Assembly (NCBI RefSeq): GCF_003010495.1
Contig: NZ_CP027570.1
Span: 2,190,001-2,222,000, forward strand
Direction: 5' to 3'
DNA length: 32,000 nt
Source: Megasphaera elsdenii DSM 20460
GTDB lineage: Bacteria > Bacillota > Negativicutes > Veillonellales > Megasphaeraceae
Numbering within the stretch: the stretch's first letter is position 1; each line of letters starts with the position of its first letter. The translations under genes and the position numbers were made by a program. Under the pieces are notes generated by a model. The model made no database searches, was not told the DNA's origin, and saw only the letters and a program-made list of their open reading frames with translations. This document shows, in pieces, positions 7,618-15,890 of this stretch.

Positions 7618-8878
7618 CCCGCCCTACGATGGCTTTGGCGAAGCCGTTGAGGTTGGTCGGGCCGATGGAGAGGATGGGGCAGCCTTTTTCTTTGGCTTCC
7701 GTAATGGCCCAGCGGACGAGGGGCGTCTTGCCATCTTCCATATTGACGACTAAGAGGGCCGATTCTTTCAGCAGCCGGTCATCCCCTGGCTGGCCGCTGA
7801 TGAGGAGAATAGCACCAAAACGGCGCTGGATGCGGCGCTGCCAGTCTGGGTCGCCGCCGGCCAGGGCAAGCTGGCGCCCCGTGAGGAAGCGGTCGAGCTG
7901 ACGCGTATAGTCGCGCTGGGTCATGAAGGAAGGCAGGTCCAGGCCGCGGTCTTCCGGCTCCCGGGCCGACCGAGACGCTTCCTGAGGCGTCACTTTCCGG
8001 TGCGCCTGTCCGCTGGAAAGGTCCGGCCGTACCTGACGCTTGTTGAGTTCCTTGCGCAGGGCCAGGAGTTCGGCGATTTGGCCGGATGCCGTTTCCTTGA
8101 TCTTTTCGATATACTGTTCCTGCTTGCGGATGCGGTCTTCATATTGCTTGCGCTCCTGTTCGCGGCCGGCCCGTTCGCTTTCTAATTCCTGGCGCAGCCG
8201 TTCCAGTTCGGCCAGGACCGTCGTACGGTTTTTTGCTTCCAGGCGCAGGCGCAGGAGCTCTTCCTTATCGGCGTCCATCTGGGCCTTTTCCTCCCGCAGC
8301 TGCTGAAGTTCTTCTTTTTCCTTGCCCATCATCATGGCCGGCGTTTCCTGGCCGCCTGTGACGGCTTCGTCAGACCAGGGCTGGTCGCAGATGGCCATGA
8401 GATAAATGCCCAGGGCGTGGGCCACAGCGTGCTTGGCCATCTGTACATCTTCAAAGACGTTGGTCAGCTCAAGAATCTGGCTGTCCGTCTGGAGCATGAG
8501 CAGGTCGATGATGCCCATATAGGAAAAGGATTCCATGGTCTGCGCCATGTCGTAGCGTTCGAGGTGAATCGTGCCGGCGTAGATTTCTTCCGGGTTTTGT
8601 TGGGACGTATAATACGTATTGATGAGCAGCCGGTCTGCCGTCCGTTCGTAGATCCGCAGGACCAGGGCGTCTTCCTTGTTCGTGCCGGTGTAGCGGCTGA
8701 AGGTCAGCCGTTCCTGGGACAGGAGGGTCGTCACCAGGTTTGGGGTCTTATACCACTTGCCGAATACTTCGACTCGTTTGGCCAGCCGCAGGTCGCCGGG
8801 TTTGCTGCAGGTGGCATAATCAAAATAAGGGTCGTTGAAGAATATATCTCTAGGCCGCAATTTGGTCATATCTATCAT
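7607..8878 (-). CDS. Hypothetical protein: unknown N-terminal domain + about 90-aa charged coiled coil + C-terminal DUF2325-like domain (tentative)
   Basis: The 423-codon ORF has host-like codon usage. Residues about 190-280 are heptad-like and E/K/R/Q/L-rich (EELQQLREEKAQMDADKEELLRLRLEAKN...). The C-terminus reads LALAGGDPDWQRRIQRRFGAILLISGQPGDD...LVVNMEDGKTPLVRWAITEAKEKGCPIL. The start may instead be the second ATG (8869), 9 nt after GAAAGG. I recognised no family for the N-domain. Confidence 0.6.
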   Translation of the reverse strand: MIDMTKLRPRDIFFNDPYFDYATCSKPGDLRLAKRVEVFGKWYKTPNLVTTLLSQERLTFSRYTGTNKEDALVLRIYERTADRLLINTYYTSQQNPEEIYAGTIHLERYDMAQTMESFSYMGIIDLLMLQTDSQILELTNVFEDVQMAKHAVAHALGIYLMAICDQPWSDEAVTGGQETPAMMMGKEKEELQQLREEKAQMDADKEELLRLRLEAKNRTTVLAELERLRQELESERAGREQERKQYEDRIRKQEQYIEKIKETASGQIAELLALRKELNKRQVRPDLSSGQAHRKVTPQEASRSAREPEDRGLDLPSFMTQRDYTRQLDRFLTGRQLALAGGDPDWQRRIQRRFGAILLISGQPGDDRLLKESALLVVNMEDGKTPLVRWAITEAKEKGCPILSIGPTNLNGFAKAIVGRVSG

Positions 8879-8959
8879 CCTTTCTATCTTCTGTAGACAT
8901 TATACCCCTGCCTGTAGGGAGGCGTCTAGTAGACAATGTTTTTTGGACATAAAAAATAC

Positions 8960-8988
8960 TTGCAAAATAGGCAGACTTGAATTATAAT
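8960..8988 (+). promoter_or_regulatory. Promoter of the SAM riboswitch-metK unit
   Basis: -35 TTGCAA at 8960-8965, 17-nt spacer, -10 TATAAT at 8983-8988. Confidence 0.7.
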
Positions 8989-9007
8989 GGATGAGCAAAA
9001 CAAATAA

Positions 9008-9110
9008 AGAACCATCAAGAGACGACGGAGGGACTGGCCCTGTGATGTCGCAGCAACCTTCAGCTATGAAAGGTGCTAATTCCAGCAGTGATATACTGGC
9101 AGATGGGGAT
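9008..9110 (+). promoter_or_regulatory. SAM-I (S-box) riboswitch
   Basis: ccAUCAAGAGacgacGGAGGGACUGGCCCugugaugucgCAGCAACCuucagcuaugaaaGGUGCUAAUUCCAGCAgugauauacuggcAGAUGG matches the conserved S-box cores. P1 pairs CCAUC with GAUGG. Confidence 0.9.
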
Positions 9111-9115
9111 TAGAA

Positions 9116-9154
9116 GCCCCTCTCATGAAGTCATGGATGAGGGGAATTTTTTTT
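9116..9154 (+). terminator. Riboswitch expression-platform terminator
   Basis: gCCCCtcTCATgaagtcatggATGAGGGGaattttttttt sits directly before the metK RBS AAGGAGG. Confidence 0.8.
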
Positions 9155-9168
9155 AAGGAGGATCACTC

Positions 9169-10359
9169 ATGGCTAAAAATCGTGAATTCTTTACATCCGA
9201 ATCCGTCACCGAAGGCCATCCCGATAAAATGGCCGACCAGATTTCGGACAGCATTTTGGATGCCATTCTTGCAAAAGATAAAAACGCCCGCGTTGCCTGC
9301 GAAACCTTGGTAACGACCGGCATGGTACACGTCGTCGGCGAAATCTCTACGACGTGCTACGTCGATATTCCGCACATCGTCCGCGAAACGATCCGCGATA
9401 TCGGTTATACCCGCGCTAAATACGGCTTTGACTGCGATACCTGCGGCGTCCTCGTCTCCTTGGACGAACAGTCTCCGGATATCGCCATGGGCGTCGATGA
9501 CGCCTTGGAAAAGAAGGAAGGCAATACAGATAAGTTCGATACCATCGGCGCTGGCGACCAGGGCATGATGTTCGGCTATGCTTCCAACGAAACGGACGAC
9601 TACATGCCGCTGCCTATTTCTTTGGCACACCGTTTGGCCCGCCGCCTGGCAAAGGTCCGCAAAGACGGTACCTTGCCGTATCTCCGTCCCGATGGCAAGA
9701 CTCAGGTCACTGTCGAATATGAAGACGGCAAACCCGTCCGCATCGACACCATCGTCATTTCGGCACAGCACAGCCCGGAAGTCAGCCGCGAACAGATTGA
9801 AAGCGATCTCCTCGAATTCGTCATCAAACCGGAACTTCCGGAAGGCTTGTTCGACGACAAGACGAAACTCTTCATCAACCCGACAGGCCGCTTCGTCATC
9901 GGCGGTCCCCAGGGCGACTCGGGCCTCACGGGCCGCAAGATCATCGTCGATACCTATGGCGGCATGGCTCGTCATGGCGGCGGTGCTTTCTCTGGCAAGG
10001 ACCCCACAAAAGTCGACCGTTCGGCTGCCTATGCAGCTCGTTACGTCGCCAAGAACGTCGTCGCTGCCGGCTTGGCTGACAAATGCGAAATCCAGCTGGC
10101 TTATGCCATCGGCGTAGCCCGCCCGGTTTCCATCCACGTCGAAACCTTCGGCACGGGCAAAGTCCCGAACGAAAAGATCGTCGAACTCATTGAAAAGAAC
10201 TTCGACCTTCGTCCGGCTGGCATCATCGCCATGCTCGACTTGCAGCGCCCGATTTACAAACAGACCGCTGCCTATGGCCACTTCGGCCGCAACGACCTCG
10301 ACCTGCCTTGGGAAAAGACAGACAAAGCCGATACGCTCCGCAAAGAAGCCGGCTTATAA
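9169..10359 (+). CDS. metK: S-adenosylmethionine synthetase
   Basis: [53 protein letters not shown] and [19 protein letters not shown] are canonical MetK motifs. Confidence 0.97.
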   Translation: MAKNREFFTSESVTEGHPDKMADQISDSILDAILAKDKNARVACETLVTTGMVHVVGEISTTCYVDIPHIVRETIRDIGYTRAKYGFDCDTCGVLVSLDEQSPDIAMGVDDALEKKEGNTDKFDTIGAGDQGMMFGYASNETDDYMPLPISLAHRLARRLAKVRKDGTLPYLRPDGKTQVTVEYEDGKPVRIDTIVISAQHSPEVSREQIESDLLEFVIKPELPEGLFDDKTKLFINPTGRFVIGGPQGDSGLTGRKIIVDTYGGMARHGGGAFSGKDPTKVDRSAAYAARYVAKNVVAAGLADKCEIQLAYAIGVARPVSIHVETFGTGKVPNEKIVELIEKNFDLRPAGIIAMLDLQRPIYKQTAAYGHFGRNDLDLPWEKTDKADTLRKEAGL

Positions 10360-10385
10360 GAGGCGGTTCGATAAACTGAACATCC

Positions 10386-10425
10386 AAAAAAAGGGGACTG
10401 TCGCATCACTGCGCGGTCCCTTTTT
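10386..10425. terminator. Bidirectional intrinsic terminator after metK (same stem family as 7482-7515)
   Basis: aaaaaaaGGGGACTGTCGCAtcacTGCGCGGTCCCttttt forms an 11-bp stem with one bulge. Confidence 0.8.
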
Positions 10426-10440
10426 AAGTGTCATTGTTTG

Positions 10441-10468
10441 CGGGCCGCCTTGACAGGACGGCCCCTAC
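10441..10468 (-). repeat. REP-like element, copy B (inverted copy of A)
   Basis: The plus strand is CGGGCCGCCttgacaGGACGGCCCCTAC; its reverse complement is GTAGGGGCCGTCCtgtcaaGGCGGCCCG. Confidence 0.75.
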
Positions 10469-10492
10469 GAACCACAAACCACGAACTACGGA
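10465..10492 (+). repeat. Tandem heptamer array (4 x CYACNRA)
   Basis: CTACGAA CCACAAA CCACGAA CTACGGA. The last unit runs into the priA Shine-Dalgarno GGAGG. Confidence 0.7.
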
Positions 10493-10501
10493 GGTGTTTC
10501 T

Positions 10502-12859
10502 TTGTTTGCTGAAATCATCATCAATACGACGGCGAAGCGGCTGCAGCAGACCTTTTCCTATATCGTCCCCGAGGGGATGGCTGTCCGCGTCGGCAGCCGC
10601 GTCCTCGTGCCTTTCGGTCATCGCCGGGAAGAAGGCATCGTCGTCGCCCTGCAGGAACACCTGGCGGAGCCGGCTGATTTCACGCTGAAGCCCATTGAAG
10701 GCCTGCTCTCGACGCAGACCGGCTTCCAGGAAGAGATGATCCGCACGGCCCTTTGGATCCGCGATTACTACGTCTGCAACTTGTCCGATGCCCTGCGCCT
10801 GTTCATGATCGATAAGAAAGGACTGGTCCGCCGCGATGTCGTATCGGCCGGACCGGCCCAGCCGCAGACAGCGGACGAAGCGCGGCTACAAACCTATGTG
10901 GCCGGAAAAGGGCGCTGTGAAAAAGGCGCACTGAGCCGCCGGTTCGGCCAAGACCTCGTCGAGAAGGCTTTGGCCAGCCAGGTCCTGACCAGCCGGATTT
11001 GTTATAAGAACCAGATTGCCGACAAGATGGAAGACTGGCTTTCTTTTGCTGCCGACGATACGGAAGCTATTCTCCATGGCCGTCGCCGCCAGCAGGAACT
11101 GCTCCAGGCCTTGAAAGCCAAGGGCGAAGGCCCTGTCTCTTATTGGCAGGGACAAGGCTACAGCCGCAATCTCATGCGCCGCCTCTGTGCGACGGGATTG
11201 GCCTGCTGGAGCCAGCGGCCGGCCAGGACGACGAATGTCTTGCCGAGCCTTGCCCGGGACGAAGCTTTTTCCCTGACAGCGGAACAGCAGCAGGCATTAA
11301 AGGTTATCGGAAGCGATGAGCATGGTAAAACCTACGTCCTCCACGGTATCACCAGCAGCGGCAAGACAGAAATCTACATGCAGTTAACCAGCCAGGCCCT
11401 GAAAAAAGGGAAACAGGTCGTCGTCTTAGTGCCGGAGATCGCCTTGACCGGCCAGATTGTCCGCCGCTTCCTGCGCCGTTTCGGCGACGATGTCGTCGTC
11501 ATGCACAGCCAGCTGTCCCAGGGGGAGAAGCGCAACAACTGGCTGCGCATGCAGAACGGGACGAGTCATATCTGCATCGGTGCCCGGTCGGCGGTCTTCG
11601 CGGCGGCTCAGTCCATCGGTTTGTTCATCGTCGACGAAGCCCACGACAGCTCGTACAAGCAGGACGAGGCGCCGCGCTATCATGCCGTCGCCGTCGCCCG
11701 CCAGCGGGCCGCGTATTACGGCTGCCCCGTCGTCCTGGGCAGCGCGACGCCGGCGCTGGCTGACTATTATCGAGCCTTGCAGGGAGAATACGTCCTGGTC
11801 GAACTAAAAGAACGAGTCGGCCATCGCCCGCTGCCGGCTGTCCAGGTCGTCGACATGCGGGATGAGCTGGCCCGGGGCAATTACCGCGTTGTCTCCGATG
11901 CCCTGCTCACTCTCTTGGAAGAGACCTTGGCAGCCCGTCAGCAGGCCATCATCCTCCTCAACCGCCGCGGTTTCTCGACCTTCGTCATGTGCCGCAAGTG
12001 CGGCTACGTCGTCAAGTGCGACACGTGTGATGTGGCCATGGTCTACCATCGCCAGGCAGCTCATCTGCGCTGCCATTACTGCGATGCCGAAAAGCCGATT
12101 CCTACCGTCTGTCCTTCCTGCGGCAGCAAGTATATCAAGTTCTTTGGTAGCGGTACGGAAAAAGTGGAAGCCCAGCTCCACGAACTCCTGCCGACGGCCC
12201 GCATCATCCGCCTCGACCAGGACACGACGAGCCGCAAGCACAGCGGTGACCGCATCATCGAAGCCTTCCGTCGCCACGAATACGATATTCTCCTGGGAAC
12301 GCAGATGGTCGCCAAAGGTCATGATTTTCCCGGCGTCAGTGCCGTCGGCATCTTGTCGGCAGACAGCCTGCTCAACATCCCGGCTTACTGGGCTGGCGAG
12401 CGGACCTTCCAGCTCCTGACCCAGGCAGCCGGCCGGGCCGGCCGCGGCGATATCCCGGGCCGCGTCATCATGCAGACCTATGCACCGGACCACTACGTCA
12501 TCCAGTGCGCAGCCCGTCAGGATTACCGGGCTTTTTATGACCAGGAAGTCCAGTTCCGGAAGGAATTGGGCTATCCGCCGTTCCAGGAAATGGCCAAGAT
12601 ACTAGTCCAGGACGAATCGGAAGAACAGGTCTGGCGCAAAGCCAACGACGTCGCAGCGGCCTTGAACAGCTGGAATCAGGACCACGGTGATGAAGTTGCC
12701 GTCATTGGCCCCTACGAAGACGTCATCAAGAAGATACGCAATAAGTACCGCGTCGTCCTCTCCCTGACCGGGAAAGACCTGACAGCCATCAAAAAAGCCA
12801 TGCAGCACCTTCCGGCCTGCTGGCAGACCGGCGTCATCATCGACATCGACCCCATGTAA
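10502..12859 (+). CDS. priA: Primosomal protein N' (replication restart helicase PriA)
   Basis: Evidence includes FAEIIINT...TFSYIVPEG, Walker A HGITSSGKTEIY, DEAH (FIVDEAHDSSYK), and Cys-rich zinc fingers CRKCGYVVKCDTCDVAMVYH...CHYCDAEKPIPTVCPSCGS. TTG start follows GGAGGTG. Confidence 0.95.
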   Translation: MFAEIIINTTAKRLQQTFSYIVPEGMAVRVGSRVLVPFGHRREEGIVVALQEHLAEPADFTLKPIEGLLSTQTGFQEEMIRTALWIRDYYVCNLSDALRLFMIDKKGLVRRDVVSAGPAQPQTADEARLQTYVAGKGRCEKGALSRRFGQDLVEKALASQVLTSRICYKNQIADKMEDWLSFAADDTEAILHGRRRQQELLQALKAKGEGPVSYWQGQGYSRNLMRRLCATGLACWSQRPARTTNVLPSLARDEAFSLTAEQQQALKVIGSDEHGKTYVLHGITSSGKTEIYMQLTSQALKKGKQVVVLVPEIALTGQIVRRFLRRFGDDVVVMHSQLSQGEKRNNWLRMQNGTSHICIGARSAVFAAAQSIGLFIVDEAHDSSYKQDEAPRYHAVAVARQRAAYYGCPVVLGSATPALADYYRALQGEYVLVELKERVGHRPLPAVQVVDMRDELARGNYRVVSDALLTLLEETLAARQQAIILLNRRGFSTFVMCRKCGYVVKCDTCDVAMVYHRQAAHLRCHYCDAEKPIPTVCPSCGSKYIKFFGSGTEKVEAQLHELLPTARIIRLDQDTTSRKHSGDRIIEAFRRHEYDILLGTQMVAKGHDFPGVSAVGILSADSLLNIPAYWAGERTFQLLTQAAGRAGRGDIPGRVIMQTYAPDHYVIQCAARQDYRAFYDQEVQFRKELGYPPFQEMAKILVQDESEEQVWRKANDVAAALNSWNQDHGDEVAVIGPYEDVIKKIRNKYRVVLSLTGKDLTAIKKAMQHLPACWQTGVIIDIDPM

Positions 12860-12885
12860 TCATGGCGACCTAGCATTACATAATG

Positions 12886-12911
12886 GTAGGGGCTCGCACG
12901 TGGCGAGCCCG
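12886..12911 (+). repeat. REP-like element, copy C
   Basis: GTAGGGGCTCGCacgtgGCGAGCCCG has a perfect 8-bp stem and lies in the priA-def spacer. Confidence 0.75.
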
Positions 12912-13053
12912 TCAGGCATATGAACTCATTCCTCCATCGGGCAGAAACGGGCGTCCCGCCGTTTCCTAAAAAGATATGATAGCAAAAATGTCAGATTTGT
13001 TATATAATAAAACAGAATAAGCATTTTTACTATTACAATGAGGTGAAAGTTAT

Positions 13054-13515
13054 ATGGCAGTACTCAATATTATTAAAGCCGGTGACCCCGTCTTGAAAGC
13101 GACGGCGAAACCCGTTACAAAAGTGAATAAACATATAAAGAAATTGCTCGACGACATGGCAGAAACGATGTATGCTGCTGAAGGCGTCGGCTTAGCCGCA
13201 CCGCAGGTCAATGAATCGCTGCAGCTCATCGTCCTCGACGACGGCCATGGTCTCATCGAGCTCATCAATCCGGAAATCCTGGAAAAGTCGGACGAAACCA
13301 ACGTCGACACCGAAGGCTGCCTGAGCATCCCCGGATATTACGGCAAGGTAGAACGGGCTTCGAAAATCAAGGTCCGTTCCCTGACGCGCCATGGCAAGAC
13401 GGTCATTTATGAACCGGAAGGCTTCCTGGCCCGCATTTTCCAGCATGAAATCGACCATCTCTATGGTCATCTGTTCATCGAAAAAGCAGCGGATTTACGG
13501 AAAGTAGGGGACTAA
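13054..13515 (+). CDS. def: Peptide deformylase
   Basis: GVGLAAPQV, EGCLSIPG and QHEIDHL are the three deformylase motifs. Confidence 0.97.
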   Translation: MAVLNIIKAGDPVLKATAKPVTKVNKHIKKLLDDMAETMYAAEGVGLAAPQVNESLQLIVLDDGHGLIELINPEILEKSDETNVDTEGCLSIPGYYGKVERASKIKVRSLTRHGKTVIYEPEGFLARIFQHEIDHLYGHLFIEKAADLRKVGD

Positions 13516-14450
13516 TGGATAAGTTACGCATTGTATTCATGGGGACGCCGGATTTTTCCGTCCCGTCCCTGGAAAGCCTGGCCCAGGCCGGTTATGATAT
13601 CGCCGCCGTCTACAGCCAGCCCGACAAGCAGCGGGGACGGGGCAAAAAGGTGACTTTCTCGCCGGTGAAAGAAAAGGCCATGGAACTGGGAATCCCCGTT
13701 TTCCAGCCCGATTCCATGCGCCGTGACGACGTCATCGAACAGCTGCGCAGCCTGGCACCGGATGTCATCATCGTCATCGCCTACGGCAAGATTTTGCCGA
13801 AAGCCGTCCTCGACATCCCCAAATACGGCTGCCTCAACGTCCACGGCTCGCTGCTGCCGAAATACCGCGGCGCGGCTCCTATCCAGTACGCTGTCAAGGA
13901 CGGCGAAGCTGAAAGCGGCGTGACCATCATGCTCCTCGATGAAGGCATGGATACGGGGAAGATGCTGAAAAAAGCGGCCATTCCCCTGGATGCCAAGGAA
14001 ACGACGGGCACTTTGTTCGATAAATTGTCCCTCCTCGGGGCCCAGACCCTGCTCGACGTCCTGACGGACCTGGAGGGCTATGAAAGCCGGGCTGTCGACC
14101 AGGATGAGAGCCAGGCGACGTATACGGCAAAAATTACCAAGGAAGAAGCCCAGATCGACTGGACCCAGGATGCTGTCGTGCTGGAACGGCTCATCCGGAC
14201 GCTGGATCCTCATCCCGGCGCATATACGATCTGTCACGATGGCAAGCGCCTGAAAATCTGGTCGGCTGATGTCGTCGAAGGTACCGGGGCCGAACCGGGA
14301 ACCATCTTGGATGTGACCAAGAAGCAGTTCACCATCCAGACCGGAAGCGGCGCCCTGCGCATCCGCGAAGTCCAGCCGGAAAGCCGGAAGCGGATGGCTA
14401 CTGCCCAATATCTCCAGGGTGTGACCTTGACGGCTGGGGAACGGCTATAA
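13515..14450 (+). CDS. fmt: Methionyl-tRNA formyltransferase
   Basis: It carries IVFMGTPDFSVPSLE, NVHGSLLPKYRGAAPIQ and the C-terminal domain. The TAATG junction overlaps the def stop by 1 nt. Confidence 0.95.
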   Translation: MDKLRIVFMGTPDFSVPSLESLAQAGYDIAAVYSQPDKQRGRGKKVTFSPVKEKAMELGIPVFQPDSMRRDDVIEQLRSLAPDVIIVIAYGKILPKAVLDIPKYGCLNVHGSLLPKYRGAAPIQYAVKDGEAESGVTIMLLDEGMDTGKMLKKAAIPLDAKETTGTLFDKLSLLGAQTLLDVLTDLEGYESRAVDQDESQATYTAKITKEEAQIDWTQDAVVLERLIRTLDPHPGAYTICHDGKRLKIWSADVVEGTGAEPGTILDVTKKQFTIQTGSGALRIREVQPESRKRMATAQYLQGVTLTAGERL

Positions 14451-14549
14451 ACAAGACTCCATGCAGAGAAGCGGGACAACTGCCGCAAAGAAGACGGTTG
14501 CCCTGCTTTTGTGCTGTTCACCCGTGCTTTTTGAAATAGGGAGGAATCT

Positions 14550-15890
14550 ATGAACGTACGTGAAATTGCCTTTCAGAGCCTGCTGACTATCTGCCGGGAC
14601 GAAGGGTATAGCAATATCGTCGTCTCTAAGGCGATACAGAAGCATCAATTTGCCGACAGGGACCGGCGTTTTTATACAGAACTCGTTTACGGTACCTTGC
14701 GCTGCCTCAATTACCTGGACTGGATCATTTCCCAGATCAGTACGCGCAAGCTGAAAAAGCTCGACCCCGTCTGCCTGGCCATTATCCGCCTGGGCTTGTA
14801 TCAGATTTTCGGCATGACCAAAGTCCCCGAATCGGCAGCCTGCAACGAAGCTGTCAAAATGGCGACGAAATTCGGCAATAAAGGCATGGCCAAGTTCGTC
14901 AATGCCATGCTGCGCAACAGTATCCGCCGGCGGGACCAATTCATCATTCCCGATAAGGACAAAAACCTGACAGCCTATCTGGCCCTGACGTATCATCAGC
15001 AGGGCTGGCTCGTTCGCCGCTGGCTGGAAGAATATGGCCCAGACGATACAGAACGGCTCTGCCAGTATTTCGATACCATCCCGGCACTGTGCCTGCGCGT
15101 CAATACGGCCGTCACCAGTCGCGAAGACCTGTTGGCTGAGCTGGAAAAGCAAGGCCAGCCGGCCCGTCCGGCTGCCATTTCGCCGGATGGCATCTATCTC
15201 GATGGCAATCCGGGCATCCACGAGCTGACCTGCCTCCGCGATGGCCGGGCTATCATCCAGGATGAACCGTCCCAGCTGGTCGCCCATATCGTCGATCCCC
15301 AGCCGCACGAAGTCGTCTTCGACGTCTGCGCTGCTCCCGGCGGCAAGACGACCCATTTGGCTACCCTGGGCGGCCCCTCGTGCGTCGTCTACGGCGGCGA
15401 TATCCACGAACATAAGCTGCGGCTCATCGAATACAATGCCCAGAAGCTGGGTCTCAAGAATGTGCGGACCCTGCTCCAGAACGGCTGTACCATCGGCCAG
15501 AAATATGCCGGCAAAGCCGACCGGGTCCTGGTCGATGCGCCTTGTTCGGGTCTCGGCGTCCTGCGCCACAAAATCGACTTGCGCTGGCGCAAGAATCCCA
15601 GCGATCTGCGGACCCTGCCGGCCCTGCAGCGGCGCATCCTGGACAGCGCCTCGCAATGCGTCCGCCCGGGCGGTGTCCTGGTCTACAGCACTTGTACCAT
15701 GAATGATGATGAAAACAGCCGCATTGTGGCTGACTTTTTGAAGAACCATCCGGAATTTCACGTCGAAAATGCGACGCAGTGGCTGACCGTCCCTGGTCAT
15801 GAAGGCCCGTTCATCCAGCTCCTGCCGCAGCGCGACAATCTGGACGGCTTCTTCATTGCCCGCATGAAAAAGGAGGGTGGACATGAATAA
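14550..15890 (+). CDS. rsmB: 16S rRNA (cytosine967-C5)-methyltransferase RsmB/Sun
   Basis: It has a NusB-like N-domain and the SAM methyltransferase motifs DVCAAPGGKTTHL, DAPCSGLGVLR and VYSTCT. Confidence 0.92.
   Translation: MNVREIAFQSLLTICRDEGYSNIVVSKAIQKHQFADRDRRFYTELVYGTLRCLNYLDWIISQISTRKLKKLDPVCLAIIRLGLYQIFGMTKVPESAACNEAVKMATKFGNKGMAKFVNAMLRNSIRRRDQFIIPDKDKNLTAYLALTYHQQGWLVRRWLEEYGPDDTERLCQYFDTIPALCLRVNTAVTSREDLLAELEKQGQPARPAAISPDGIYLDGNPGIHELTCLRDGRAIIQDEPSQLVAHIVDPQPHEVVFDVCAAPGGKTTHLATLGGPSCVVYGGDIHEHKLRLIEYNAQKLGLKNVRTLLQNGCTIGQKYAGKADRVLVDAPCSGLGVLRHKIDLRWRKNPSDLRTLPALQRRILDSASQCVRPGGVLVYSTCTMNDDENSRIVADFLKNHPEFHVENATQWLTVPGHEGPFIQLLPQRDNLDGFFIARMKKEGGHE

Noticed and set aside
8913-8926. 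GTAGGGAGGCGTC in the divergent hyp/metK promoter region, as a seventh REP copy.
   Set aside because: The head is similar, but I could find no complementary right arm. It is possibly a relic and is not supportable as an element.
12944-12965. The hairpin GAAACGGGCGtccCGCCGTTTC after priA, as a terminator or REP variant.
   Set aside because: It has no GTAG head and no downstream U tract on the plus strand. It might contribute to priA 3'-end formation, but the evidence is weak.
14471-14507. An imperfect hairpin (gcgggacaac...gttgccctgc) followed by TTTT in the fmt-rsmB spacer, as a possible attenuator.
   Set aside because: The stem has a mismatch, a G-U pair and a 17-nt loop, and the U tract is short. 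I cannot distinguish it from chance in GC-rich DNA.
14445-15884. A 479-aa minus-strand ORF, plus similar long antisense ORFs at 9163-10281, 6274-7203, 13524-14408, 15853-16884, 18304-19545, 19667-20380, 11804-12493 and 22716-23387.
   Set aside because: Each lies fully antisense to a gene with unmistakable conserved motifs (rsmB, metK, coaBC, fmt, rlmN, prkC, rsgA, priA, ribE). Their products are low-complexity and rich in A, G, R and D, as expected for shadow ORFs in GC3-rich coding DNA. No RBS or recognisable domain was seen.
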